A DNA stretch of 64,000 nt, from the NCBI GenBank assembly GCA_964106915.2, contig OZ066924.1; one strand, given 5' to 3'. A model generated the notes under the pieces. That model did not search any database, was not told the origin of the DNA, and worked only from the letters and a program-made list of their open reading frames with translations. Below are positions 47,667 to 61,757 of this stretch, piece after piece; position 1 is the first letter of the stretch; each line of letters begins with the position of its first letter. Made by a program: the position numbers and the translations under genes. Origin of the DNA: Podarcis gaigeae (taxonomy: Eukaryota).

Positions 47667-50600
47667 GTAAGTCTCTCTCTCTCTTTTCTTTTTTTCCTCC
47701 TCTTCGCCTTTCCCTCGAAACGCGGGGGTGGTGGGGCGGGGAGGGTGGCGTCGCGCAAGGAAGGTTGGCGCTCTGCGCGCGCTCAGAGGCGCCCTCGCCC
47801 TTCTGAGGGGTTTGGAACCGAGCGCGCGAGAGGAATTGCGGAATTGCGCCCTGGTTTTATGTGTGTGAGCGAAGTTCTCTTCACAAACCACTTCCCAGGC
47901 ATTGTTGAAATACCGTTACCGTCCTTTCCATCGCTCTCAGAGGTGGAATCACTGTGGGGAAGAGAGAGAGAAGCTTTCATCGTGAAGCTTTCTCTCCCCC
48001 CCCCCCCCCCGCCTCTCTCAGCATCCCTTCAGGTCAGCGCTGTCTCTCCCTCGTCACTGGAATAACCAGCCGGCCCTTTGCTGCGCCTCAGCCGGGGCAG
48101 GAAAGTGTCAGGTCTTCGGGAAAGGCGGCAAGAGCCAGGAAAGTTCCGAGCACAACTTAGAAAGTGTCAAAAATGAATTAATAAAACCGGTGCGCGCTAG
48201 TGTGTCTGCTCACACTCAGACTCGGCAGATCAAAAGGCTCGGCGAAGTGAAGGAAGGGGCTGGGGCGGAGGGAGCTCTGGCGGTATCCTGACACGAAGCA
48301 AATGCTCTCTTTTGACAGTGCTTTTTAAATTGAGGGGCGATCTCTTCAAAGGGAGGGGAGGGCAACTGTCAGATAAAACGAGCAAGATCTCTTTATATGG
48401 CCAGTGGGTGCTTGAGGGTTCCCCTTAACTTCTCAATTTCCCCTTAAATTTCATTAGCTGGAAAAGCTGGTACCCTATGGAGTTTATACCGTGACACTCA
48501 TGGGTTTTGTGTGTGTTTTGTGTTGTCAAATTCTATGTGTGGCTTGGTGGCGTCCTGTCAGTCCTTTCTTTCTCCCCCTCGCCCTGCTTTAAACGGTCTC
48601 AAGTTGCATCCCTGAGAGAGCCTTGTAAACATCTGGGGCTGCATCAAGTCATCCAGACCTCACACACATCTCCCTGTCATTTTTTTTTCTTTTAAAAAAA
48701 GAAGTCATTCTCACATATATATCTCTTTCCAGACTGAAGTGGATATAAGTAGTTATTTTTTTAGTTGTTTCTCACAGCCTGTTTCAGGATAGTTTTAAAC
48801 GACTCTGTCCTGGTGGGTAGATAAATAAATAACTGCCAAGACAAATGTCTCTAGATAAGCTGATTTTAAAAATAATAATTAAAAATTACCTCTTGATATT
48901 GGTTGGGAATCCAGCGAATTCATTTTATTCAATGTTTTGTTCACGCATGGCCCTTTCTCACTCACTCATCTCAGGTTTATCCTCACAACAACCTTGCAAA
49001 GTAGATTAGACCTAATGATGACATGGTGAATGTGAGCAGGTTGATCCGGTTTGTTTCAGGGAGTGTGTGAAGGTGTGAATACTGATCTTTTCTGGCCAAA
49101 TCAGTCTACCACACTAGCCTCAGGAGACAGTCAAGGGAGAAACAGGTACACTTCTTTTCTTTTTAAGTACACTGCTCTACACACACACACACAAACACGA
49201 CCTATAAATAGTGTGTGATTAACTCTGTGCCTCACAGCTATAGCTGGACAGAGCAGTGCCAATTTAATCCAAACAAGAAGCATAGCTAATGGGGGACTTC
49301 TTTAAACAAAAGGCAATGTGCAGTTTTGAGAAGTGTGGACAATGTTGCATCTTGCAGAAGATAACTACCGTATAACTCTCACTAACCCATTTATTTGTGC
49401 TTAGTTGGTTAAAGCAGCTGTGCTTTTAACAACTCATGCATTCCTCTGCTGTGGCCCCTGCTGGCTGGCTACACTTGACTTTCTGTCTGCTTTCACAGGC
49501 TTGTGTTATTTATTATCACATGCGTCAATGTGTGCAGCGGGAAATGCTTGCTCCGTTGAAGAACCACTGTATATGCCAGAGACATTGTTTAGTTCAGGCT
49601 TTGTGAAACAGTAATGCCAGAAAGCAATCATATGACACAGAGTATTCTGGGATGTCTGAGGACTGCTTCGTGAGTTCCAGGAGAAGCAGGTACATATTAA
49701 ATATTGTACAGTGCAGCATATTGTATTGGTGCAGTGAAAAACTCAGACAATGGAGACCTGGGTCCAAATGACTTCGCTCTGCTTCACCTACTTTGCAGAG
49801 CTGTTGTGACACAGAAATTGGACAACCGCCGTGAGATCCATGGAAATGATATTATTAATATTTTTTGTTTTCAAATATATAATAATAATATCCAACAGGC
49901 TCAAAGCATTGGGAGTGGTGACAGCTTAAGTGGTTATGCTTGTGACAAAGGTGCAACAAGCAAACTCAGAGTTTTCTAATACTGCCTCTGACCAGAGCTG
50001 TCCAGACAACAAACCCATTTTCATGTGTTCAGTGAATGTGCAAATGTTAGTATGGGATTGGCCAGGGTTCCTGCTCAGAGCCTTGCATTCACAGTCATGC
50101 CAAACAAACATGGACTGTCAGTAGCTGGTGGCATGAACCCCTTTCACAGATCTGTATGAACAGCCAGCCAAACCTCCTTGAGAGCTTTGTGCACAGTATG
50201 GTTGAGGCCATGAGCTTCTATTCTCTAAAGACAACCTTAGCTCTGCATATTCGTCCTGCTGTGTTCATGAAAACACATTGCAGGGCACCAGAGTTGCTCC
50301 CCAGGTGTGGGCTGAGTATGCCATTTGAGGAACTGAGCACATACAGTTGCCCCTGTTTTATGTGGTGGTAGTATTAAATTCTGCATGCTAAATATTTACT
50401 GTGTACTTGTGTCAAGCCGGCGTTGACATATGAAGCAGACCTTTGTTTTCGACTGGCTGTTATCTTTATTCATGTTGGCATCTCCTCTTACAGAGCTGGC
50501 TCATTGTGTTTACGGAGAGTGCAGTTCTTAGGGCTTGTGCTTTTCTTTTTTCTTTTTTCGCCTTTGCAGGATTTTCTCTAGGGTATATTAGTTTTATCCT

Positions 50601-51371
50601 AGAGATGTTGCCATCTGTCGTCACCTTATGTTAGAAGTAGGCTGCATGTATTCTGATCAGAAGTTCCCCTCTGCTCCTTCTCTGTCTCACAACCCTAGAA
50701 TTAAGATTTACCAAATGAAGCTGACAGGGCAGCCCTTTTCAAGGCAGGCTTCTTTGCGTAACTTGCAGAATTCAACCGCTGCAAGATATAGTGATGGCTG
50801 ACAGCTTAAACTGCTTTGAAAAGGATTATTAGACTCGTGGAGGTCTGTCAACAGCTATCAGCCATGATAGCTTAATGGAACCTCCACAAACAAGTAGAGT
50901 ATACCCCTTAGTACCAGGTGCTGGACAAACATGCTAGAGAAGGCTGTTGGTTTCATGCCCTGCCTGTTAGCTTCCCATAGCCATCTGGATAGTGTTTGGG
51001 TCAGATCCAACAGGGCAATTCTCATTCTTTCCCATTCTGAATTTGCTGCCCTCTCAGTCACAGTGCATTCTGTCTTCCTATGCATTTTGCTTTTGGAAAT
51101 AGAATTTTGTTTGGTCATAATTCTGACCCTGGAAAATAACATGGTGATATGGTTGCCACCTGGCTCTCTGCCTCTCTGCCTCTGCAGCTTTTTAACATGA
51201 TCCACAACTTGACACAGAGGTGTGTAGGGTGGTAGTACTGCCGTTGCAACCCACCTGTGGTGAAGGAGTGGGTCCCGACTCATGAGTTGATGACTAATGT
51301 GGGTGCAAATGGTTTGAGTCCACCATTAGTCTATGCTTCTCATAGGAAGATATTTGTTAGATACATCTCCC

Positions 51372-51517
51372 CAGTGGCGTAGCGTGGGGGGTGCAGGGGG
51401 GCTGGCCGCACCGGGCGCAACATCTGGGGGTTAGGGTTAGGGGGCGCAAATCCACGGGTTAGGGGGCACAAATTACTTGCCTTGCCCCGGGTGCTGACAA
51501 CCCGTGCTACGCCACTG
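51372..51517. mobile_element. hAT MITE containing TTAGGG repeats
   Basis: TIR CAGTGGCGTAGC; perfect 8-bp TSD CATCTCCC (51364-71 / 51518-25). Confidence 0.88.
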
Positions 51518-54500
51518 CATCTCCCATTAAAATTAACTTGTGACTTTATGTTAACAGGAGATGTATCTAACAGAGAACCCTGCAGGCTATTTCTCAGTGT
51601 GGCCACAGAAGAAGACCTCTGAACAGACATTCACAAAAATAAAACCCACATTTTATTTTCAGCCCTCTGGGACACATTCTCTTTTGTTTTGGGATTCATT
51701 TTGGATGCTCTTCAGGTTTTTGAGTTTTTGCATTTCTTGCAAGTAAGATTCACGTGGAACGTTTGCCACATGGGTAAGCTGGGATGCAGAGGACTTCAGG
51801 CGACAGAGAATGGCTGCACCTAATGGCAGCAAATTGTCAGTTGTCCATTTGTTTGCAATCTGAGCTTTCTACTGCAGGTGCCATTATCTTGGGCAGATGC
51901 TGGGGATGAACATAATGACAGCAGTTTAAAGATGGGTGCTTGGGAGCAAAATTCAGAGTGATACCAGGTGAACAAGGAGGACATAACTTGGAGCCTTATT
52001 TAAACTGATTTTCCTTGTCTGTGTATGCAGCACTAGCACAGCAGAGTTCAGGGCAGGCTGCTATGTCAAGGCATGGGGCATGTGCAATGCCACCTGGGCC
52101 AATTCTTCGTGCCAATTCTGGAGTCATGCATTTAAATGGGTCCTGACTTCACTGGGCCTGATTTCCTAGGTTATGCTTAGGGTTTCAGAGGGGGTGGGGT
52201 GGGGAGAATAAACAGAAAGTTGGGGAGAGTAACCAGCACCCGCTGATTAAAGTAGCTTCAACAAGATTCATTTCCATAGCAGGTTTGCTCTATAAATACT
52301 GTATATTAAGCACTAAATAAAGGTTTACTTTGGCAGATGTTTTCCAACTTGATTACACAGAGCTATTACCTCAGCCTTTTCTATACCTTTAGGATAATGG
52401 GAATTGGGGGTGAATTATGGTGGTTCTGTCAAAAGTCTGGGACAGCTTGCATAATTTAGCATTGCTGGAGTATATCTGTCACTAGATACGCGTAGGATGG
52501 CTTGGGTTTTGTTTTATTTTCTTTGCAGTTAGAGCTTTGCCCTGAAACTTGACCACTCAGCACTCCTTCTTACCTCAGTGTTGCAGCTGCAAAGCTGCTC
52601 CTGAGAAGCTGATTTCCAGGAGTGAACAAAGCAGCTGTAAGTCTCTCTCTGATGATGACGACTTATAACATGTGTGAAATAATAGTTAGGAGTAAGCACT
52701 CCAACTTCACCCCAGAGATGGCCCATGAAAAGTTTGAGGATTGGGTCTCTCTCATCTGTAGTAGATTGCAAAATAGAGGACCAAATTTTGGGATGTTTGC
52801 AATTCTGTCCTAAACACGATTACTCAGAATTAAGCCCTAACAAGTTTAATCTGCCTTACTTCCATTCTGGATAAGTTCGTATAGGATTGCAACCCCAGTA
52901 TTGGTCTAAAGATGGCAAATGTAGACCCATGTGAATTTCACAGTGATAAGCTACTGATGGGGGGGGGGGAGAGGTGCTTGTTTTTGTAGTTGCAATCTTG
53001 GGGTTGCATTAGGAATATGTTCTGCTGATCTTTCAAGCAATAGTTTTGGGGGCTTCAGGCTCTGAATAATAAAAGTTGTCAAAAGCAATTTGAAACTGGG
53101 AAGCAAAACGAGTCAATAGCCTAAGGATGCATTACATATAAACCTTGACAGCTGCTTTTTCCTAGGGAAAAGCCAATTTGGTAGGGGACAGTTTCAAGTA
53201 GAGAAGTGCAGGGGAGGGGTGCGTAAGCCATTCTCCTCCTGCCGCTCTTCTTCAGTGATTTTTCCTCTTGCCACTTTTGTACAGCAGCTATCCTTTCCCA
53301 AGCTGATACATACACCCAGCCTTGTGAGTTCCAGTTAAATGGTAACCCCTAGGAAGAAAAGCATCAAGGGGAGAGGGAGCTGCAGTGGGAGAAATGACAG
53401 CCACCTAAAAGGTTAAACACACACATGCACACATTATGGATTCACCAGTGTTAACAAGGTTCTTTGAGACCAGGATCCAAATTCTCACTCAGCCATGCAT
53501 CTCATGGGGAAATGTGGAACATAAACACAATATGAAATAATTTCACAAAAAGGAGGTTGCATATTCACAGGGGTATGGGCTATTGAACAGCATAGCTGTC
53601 AACCTTTCCAAACTTCTCCTTAAATAATCACTTTCAACTTCAGCTTGTTTACTGAAGAGACGCTTCCCGCCTGCCGTGGAAGCCCTCTGTTTACTTGCAG
53701 AGGATTCTGGGACATATTGTAGGCTAGGGCTAAGAAACCTGTGGCCCTCCAGGTGCTGCAGTACTGCACTTCCCATCATCCCTTGGCCATTGGCCATGCT
53801 GGTTGGGACTGATGGGAATTGGAAGTCCCACCTCATCTGGAGAGCCACTGCTTCCTCATCCCTGTTCTTCTGCTTTGAACAAAGTTGGCTTCTGTTGCAC
53901 CTACGCCCTAGAACATACCCATTGTCTTTCTCAGAAGTTTGTCTGCCATTGCTCTTGTCATTGACCCAAATACTTGGGGTTCCTGAAGATCCCCAGTATT
54001 TCGTTTGAAAGCTACTGCTATGCAGCATAGTTCATGTCACAGGGGGTTTCTTCCCAACATAGCCTGAGTCCAGCTCCTCAGTTTTAAAACCATCAAACAA
54101 TAGTATGGCCAGTTTGCACTTACTGAACAGGCTTTGCAGTGTCTGGTTACGTAAAAATGTTGGTTCCTCTTGAGTCTTTGCTGGCCATTATATTAACTTG
54201 AAGGACTGTTGGAAAGGTTAAATGGGAAATAAGAATGTGACGAACAACAGGTGACCATGAGAAGGAATGAATCTTTTGGATTAGGCAGAAGTTCTTAGAT
54301 GTTTTATGGGAGAAGGATAAGTGGACAGGTCAATCCACTTGCTGAAATACTGTTACGGTGCTTCCTACACCAGAGTAGCATTCTGTTCCTGGATTCGTTG
54401 TGAAGGTTATTACACACCACTGATGCATCATTTAGGGTTGACCCGAGTTAACATTCTCTAAGCAATAAATGTTAAATGTTAAATGCAGCCTGAATGCAAT

Positions 54501-54866
54501 AAATTAGGCATTTATTTGTTTTTTAATAGTATGCATGTCCAGTTCAATATCCTTCTGCCTTCCAATCCACTTTCCATTTGCGTTGCATCTTTAGATTGTA
54601 ATCCTGAGGCCAGGGACCATCTTTTCCTTTATTGGTCTTCAAGCTGCTCTGGGAGCCTTCTTCGGATGAAGAGAGGGATAAAATTATTAAATAAATAACT
54701 GTTACCCGAGTCTTCCTTCAAATTAGGACTCCTATATTATTTATAACTGGTGTTTGGATGTTCCCCTGACTACAGCATTATTAGTGATGCAGTTATATAT
54801 CTCATTCTAACCATGTCACTTAGAAATCACTGATTGCTGCAGATCGTGTCCCAGCTTGGGATAAGG

Positions 54867-54995
54867 CAGGCATAGGCAAACTTGGCCCTCCAGATGTTTT
54901 GGGACAACAACTACCATCACCCCTAGCTAACAGGACCAGTGGTCAGGTCCACTGTAGTTCCAAAACATCTGGAGGGCCGAGTTTGTCTATGCCTG
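54867..54995. mobile_element. Short hairpin hAT MITE (family also at ~385-492, 12838-12975, 21960-22095, 53724-53840, 60910-61030)
   Basis: TIR CAGGCATAG.CAAACT..GCCCTCCAGATGTTTTG; 7/8 TSD (G/T)GATAAGG. Confidence 0.8.
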
Positions 54996-55286
54996 TGATA
55001 AGGCTTCGTTGTAGTAACATGAGACTTTGAATGGAAATGCAGCAATTGGTTTTCATTGTACTAAAAGCATTTCACAAATATGCTGCTCTCTTTTTTCAAA
55101 TATGTCCTATAAAATACAAATGGGATCAATTTCTCTGCCATCAACACTGCTCGTCTTATTTTGAGATTGGATCTAATCTGTAAATTTGTCCATGTCGGCA
55201 ACCTTGAGTATCAGTTTCTATTCTTGCTCTGATTGTTTTGAAATTTAATGGGGAACTGCTTACTTTCTTTCATTTTGGAGGAGGAC

Positions 55287-55334
<48 letters not shown>

Positions 55335-56326
55335 TGATGTTTTCAAAAATGTATGTGGCAAAACTGCTATTTGGTTATTTTCTTTCAGTAGTTTCCACAT
55401 TAAGAGACAGATCTTACTTGCTGTCAAGAGTAATTAAATCATTTCAACAATTTTATAAAATAAGTGAGATAACGGCACGTTAAATTCAGAGCTAAAACCT
55501 TAAACAGAATAAAAGCAGAATTAGCAATGTGTGCTATTTTATACTGAATGAAAATGCTTCTGTAAAATCACATTTAATGTTCCTTCAAAGTCTTGTCTTT
55601 ACTTGTTAAACAAGTAAATTGGTTTTTCTTAGAAATAAGTCTTCACAATATTACTGTTTTTCACTTTCTAATAAAGGTTAGTTCATGTTGCTGATAGATA
55701 AAACAAACAAACAAACATGGCATCCAGAAAATAGAAAATTATATACGGCCTTCTAATAGATACTGCTGTTTCCTGGGTAGGGAAGTTGTTGCTTTTTATT
55801 ATACCAACTGCTTTCTCATTTAAGCCTGGACCCAGGTTACATAATTTATAACCAGTGACTTACAACTGTGGGCATTTAGGATTTATGAATGCGGAAGGGA
55901 TTGTATTCTTTAGTGTCTACATGACACTCTCCTGTTACCTTTACCACATTCCCATAGGGTAGACCCTCCACACACATCACCAAAGCTTTATCATAAATCC
56001 ATTAAAAATATACAGTTGCAAGGAGCCTTTGTCTTCATAAATCTGATTTATAGCCACCTGCTAAAGATGACTATGAAAACATTTGGTAGGAATCACCCTG
56101 ACAACCTGAGAGGAGTACAACACAAAGGCCAAAGGAGCTTGAGTGTCCCACGCTATTTCAACAGGGCTAATCTTACGGCCTTATATAAGCAAAAAACACA
56201 TGCTCTGGTGGGGATTTTGCACAGGGAGATGGAGCATCACATAGGAACATAAAGTAGGGGAAATGGGTCATGGCCCCACCAACCTCAATCTGTCCTCAGC
56301 CAGCACCAGTACCACCCCTTACCTGC

Positions 56327-56776
56327 TGTCAGAAACTGGATGGACGCAAAGGAATGCTGGAGGAACCAGCTGGGGAACCCCCAAGGGAAGCAGGCTCAGT
56401 GCCCAGGGAGAGGTGGTGGGATGATGATGATGAGTAGTCAGAGGGAGAAGACTGGGAGGAGGAGGAGGTATCAGAAGCTGAAGAGGTTACAGGGCTTAGT
56501 GAGAGGAGAAGGTAGTTTCATGCGGCCACAGTCTCAGATTGCTTTGGGAAAACCTTGGAGAGAGGGGGACTTAAGCAGCTGTGGAGAGGCAGGGACCTTC
56601 AGTCTTAGCAACTGCTTCATAGGGGAAAGACTTACCAAAGATGAGCTGCTGTGCCCATTAGGCCTGACACTCCTGTGCAGATCCTGTTTTTGCTAAGTCC
56701 ACTTGCTTGGTGTAATTTACTGCAGGTTTGCTCCTGTCACCTGCCTTCATACTTACAACCAGCTTGGTGGGTGACA
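56327..56776 (+). mobile_element. Solo LTR in FGF10 intron 1
   Basis: TGTCA...TGACA inverted termini; 4-bp TSD CTGC. Strand is tentative. Confidence 0.65.
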
Positions 56777-59700
56777 CTGCCTGTCAGCTTCCCCCTCCTT
56801 AATCTCATCGTCACCGTGTTGGAACAAGTTCTCAACCTCAAGAAAACTGATTATAAAAAGTGGAGAACTACAAACTGACAATTGCAGCTGGTCTAAGAGC
56901 TCGGGCAAAGGTTTAAAAATGGTGCCACCTGCTCAGTGATAAAGGGCCTCTCCACAGGTGATTTAGGTGGACCCTCGGTGATACTGTGATGATCAGGGAT
57001 GGTTAATACATCTTCAACATTTCGTGAAGATCTGCATATCTGAGTCATCAGATATTAAATTGCCATCAGGTAAAACTTTCATATTCAGCCACTGAACTTC
57101 AAGTCACCCATTCAGCCACTGAAGGGTTGAGAAACCAAGTGTACACGTGTCTCTCTCTTTGTGTGTATCGGTCTTACGTTGCACCTTTAGCTTAGAAATA
57201 AATATTTTTGTATGCAAAGCACTCACATCTAAAGTACTCCCGCTAGAGACTTGTTTAAGCCTCTGGGAGTTAATATGTTAGGGAATTGCCTTTTTTAAAC
57301 CTTTGAAACAACAAGTTTAACAAACTCTACAAATACTGTGTAGTTTTCCATTGGCTTCAGTGAAAAGTTTGATGGGGACCATAGTCTACCTTCACTCTTG
57401 TACTTAAGGCACAACAGTCTACAGTAGAGCTGGGTATATCATTAAAAAAAAAAAATACAGTAGAGCTGGGTGATGAGAGCTTGTACACGTACCCCACTGT
57501 AATATGAATAACATAATTATTAACCCCCCAAAATGTGTGTGGATTCACACATGTACATGAACTGGACACCCACCCACCCCTGCTTCTCAATCTATGGTGA
57601 AATGGACAGAGCAGCTTTGGATTACTTCAGTTTTGGGATCTAATTTGTTTAGGGATAACATTTACTACAAAATCTTAAAATCATAAACCTTTTTGCACTT
57701 ACTCCCCCTTTTTTTTTTACTTATCATGCTCCAATCTTCTTTGGAATAAATCAGGATACATTCTAAAGCACACACAAAAAGAAAGTACAAACCATTTCTC
57801 AGAATTCTGTATTTTCCTTCTCCAGTGGTTTGGTTATTAAAGCAAGGTTAATTATATTTGGTCCAGATTTTTATTTTTATTTTTACTCAAATGTGATCTA
57901 GGAGATATGAGGACCTTTAAAATGTGACTTGGGTCACACATTTAAATAACAGCTTTACAGGCATTCTTTGCTTTTAAATTAGGTCACTGGTGTTCTTTCT
58001 TTGAACACTCTGTTCTAATTGGAACAATAAATCATTGACGATATGCAGAATAGATTCCCTTCTAAGGTGGACAACTGGACTGTGCCTTATTACTGCTCCT
58101 AACATGTGCAGTGCATTCTGTTATTGCCTGTTAAGAGACATGGTGTCAGTATGAAAGCATTGCCTTGTTTCATTGTTCAGCTAAAGCCAATCTCCTCCTG
58201 CATTTACTTGACGTTAATTAATGAATTGAGGCATACCTTCTACATGCCTTTTGCTGGAAGAAGAGCTTAAGGTACCCTAAGATATGTTAAATCAGGGTCT
58301 TAGATGACATAAGAGATATCACACTTGCAGATAAGTATTTGTGTTCTCAAGCTTAGATATTTGCGAAAGCAAAAACAAAAAAACAGTAGCAAATAGATTT
58401 TTCCCTTACCCCTTTGCATAGGTCATGACTTACCCATCCCATACATACCTGCAAAGGATTCTCTTTATTCCACTTCCATTGATTGATCACTGTATCATTC
58501 TGGGTTTCTTGTTCAGAAAATGTATTTCCTTTTGGTATATCACAGTCCTATGCTTATTTACCTGGGAAGAATTCTCACTGAACTCAGTGGGGCTTATGAC
58601 TGAGTAGGCATGAATAGGACTAGACTGTTAAATGTAGTTTATTAATTCTATCTCAATTTTCTCCAGATTTTCAGTTCTCCCAATTCTTCACATCCTTCTG
58701 GTTATTATTCTAATATACGAACATGACATATGCAAATGGTGCAGAAGCTAGCTATATCTAACATGTCCATACCTCAGAGTTTTGCATTCAGGCCGAGGCA
58801 GAGTGCGTTCATCAACTGGGTTTGCTTTATAGGCAAATCACACTGGTGGAAAGTAATAGCCTTTGATTGTTCTTCTTCTAGCCATTTGAATCTATGACAT
58901 TCAAGTCCATTTATTTTCAGTTTGTAGTGTTGATTCCTACCCTTTTATTGCCTCAATCCATGAGATTATTCAAATCCTCTTAATCTAGTGTACATCTATT
59001 TAGGAGTAGGTTACATTGAAGTCAACGTGCATTACTTCTGACTGAATTCTGCATTGGATTTGACTGTACACATCTGGACAGAGAAATGAGTGTTTCTTCT
59101 GTCCCCCACCCCAAGTGGAAACAGCTCCAGATTGCATCTGGAAAAGCTGTGTTTTCCATAATCAGAGTTGAAAGCTTGTTAAATATGGGCAATTCTTATT
59201 GGTAGCTGCACACCCTTGTTGGACTTGATGGTTCTTCTCCCTATACAACTACTGGAGCTAGCGTACGTAGCTTGGTTAGAAAACTAGCTTTGATCAAGTA
59301 ACACAACTGCAGGAGGGGAGGGGTAAATTTACTGACTCCTGTGTGCATACACATTTAGATCAGCCTGCTCAAATGGCTTCTGAAATGCGAGCAGATTTGT
59401 CCTCACATGTCAGATGTTGTGGTGCAAGACCCAGAGGTGGACTTAGCCTATAAAAGAAAACAGGCTTTTAGTGCTGGAGGTGCAGCTCCCTAGAATTATT
59501 TACCTGACAAAATCAGGCAGGCACCTAGCATGTTGCTGTTTAGGCGCCTACTGAAGACATTTCTGCTTAGGAAGGCTTTAATGGAAGATATTAATGTCAT
59601 TAATGGAAGATAAATTTTATAGCTAGTGAGATGGTGTTGTTGCTTTTAAAGGTTGTGTGGATGGGTTTATCCTTTTTAGTGTTGGATTGATATTATTGTT

Positions 59701-61606
59701 TTTAGGGCTTGTGTTTTTTATTTTCTATACTGCCTTGATGTTTTTATGCTATGAAGCGGTTTATAAGTGTGTTTAATAGGTAATGAATAAATATTTGTCT
59801 ACCCTGGTGTAAAATCGATACATGTTTGCTGCCTTTCCAAGCCCTGTTCATGCAGCAGCAAATAGAAACGTTTTCTGTTTACCACTCCGTTGGGTGGTAA
59901 ATCAGAAACAAAAGCATGGGACAATGGATTAGGATAGGGTCACTGAGTAGTTATAGGCCAAGAAAACTACATGTTGTAGCCATGGTGTTTGTGTTAAGAA
60001 GCCTATTTTCACATCCCCGCCTCTCAGATGTTCTGATGATAAGTGTTGGCAGAACATTGTCACGGTATAAAGCTGTGAATTCCTTCGGAGTTGTTGTGGA
60101 TATTTAGTTAATCTACAGTGATTAGTATATTGGAAAGCTTCTTTTTGGACTTAATTTTTGTTATAGGAAAGAGAAGTTCTGTTCACATGCTGAGATCTTA
60201 GATGCAACAGGTTTCTGGTGGAAATATCATTGTTTCCTCTTCGCTTCACTTTCTAATCTATCTTCTCTTCTTCAGCCTATCCAGAATTCTCTTTCTGAGG
60301 TTTCCTGGCATTTACTCTTGGCTGATGATTGGCAGTCATTATTTCATCCTTTTAAGGGGACCACATAATTAGACTGTTAACAGTCACTTACTTGTCTCAA
60401 TAGAAGTTTCTGTAGGGATTGGGGAATTTTCAGCACACTCTTCACAACAATATGCAAACTTCACACTTCTCCAAATTTTGCAGTGCAGAATTTATCCAGA
60501 CAAGCAATAAGTACCGAAATGCATGTAATAGGTTAAAGTGAGCACCTAAAGGTATATATTAGTGAAACTAACATAAATGGCTTTACAAACCTATCTGTGT
60601 TAGGCAAAAATGTGTCTATAAGGAGAAACATGCAGTAAAATGCTGGTTAATTTTCATGAGGACTAAAAAAATACCACATAATTTCATTTCCCAAGGTTAG
60701 GAAAATGAAAAACTTAGAGAAATCAAAATTGTCAGATCCACCCATCCCCAGTGAAGAAGACTACAATTCATAGCCATTTTAAATGGCTGAGAAGAACCTC
60801 AGAATGTGTTGCTACTTCTGGTTAAATTGTCCAAATTGGCCTTGCAACTTGAAATATATACTTTGTGAATGTGTTAAGTTAGCTTTTAAAAAATGGTGAG
60901 ACTTTGTAACAGGGCTGGGGAACCTGTGACCCCTCTAAAGTTGCTAGACTAGGCTTTCTTCATGCTTGACAATTGACCATGCTTGTAGTTGGAGTTGAAG
61001 AACATCTGGAACTCTAAAGCTCACTACCTTTGCTTTCTAGAAACGAATTAAGTAAAGGAAACAAAAGAAATGTTATGATAATTCAGCATGTTATATGCTT
61101 CCCTGAGCTACCCTGCAATTAAACTCAGACATTTCAAATACTGAGGTGAAATATTACCTTATGCCTTTTAGTTAATATTAAGATATTATATACACTTGTT
61201 CAAAAGTAGTATCCACAACTTTTGTGTTGTGCATAGAAATTGGCAAGTTGAGAGAGAGAAACTTCAGTGTCTCCTGCCAAACACAGAAGCCTGTGAGATG
61301 CCAAAATAACAATGTTTGACATAGTCTTGTCCAGTTCTGGCACTAAGTGATGATATTTCAGCATGGTGTAGGTTGGAATTGGTCTGGAAACTGTGCTGAG
61401 GGGAAAGGCAGGCACAGTTCAGCCCCCAGCTAAATCCTTTCTTAGGCAGCATGTTAGGGGAAGTCGCACAGGCTTAAAATCTGTTGGCCTACTTATTTTA
61501 TTGGCTCTCAATACAGCTTACAAAAATTAAAGTAAAACATAAAGACACAACTGAAGATATCAGGAATGCCTTTAATTTAAGTTACAACTTTTAACACACA
61601 CACACA

Positions 61607-61643
<37 letters not shown>

Positions 61644-61757
61644 TGCTGGTGCACAAATGCATTTCTTCCTTTACTTGATTCTTCAGTACCCGATGACTCT
61701 TGGTCAATGTGTGAATTGTCTCAATTGAAAAGTTTTGTTTGAGATGAGATTCAAGTA

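Larger units (their letters stand above)
45600..48320 (+). promoter_or_regulatory. FGF10: FGF10 promoter/5'UTR/exon 1 CpG-rich region
   Basis: Sharp rise in GC and CpG (gcgcgc, cgccgccg) from ~46.5 to 48.3 kb. GA-rich and (GCT)n/(CAG)n tracts; no recognisable TEs. The TSS cannot be placed from sequence alone. Confidence 0.75.

Noticed and set aside
47667-47806. Extension of the FGF10 ORF to 178 aa (KSLSLFSFF...)
   Set aside because: Read-through past a canonical GTAAGT donor at the expected exon boundary; it is intronic.
47295-48065. 256-aa alternative-frame ORF and antisense ORFs (46483-47181, 47300-47758) over FGF10 exon 1
   Set aside because: Non-ATG or arbitrary starts and low-complexity products; expected from GC-rich, stop-poor triplet-repeat sequence.
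55286-55335. (TA)n tract as a third PLE end
   Set aside because: No pLTR sequence is adjacent; it is an ordinary microsatellite.
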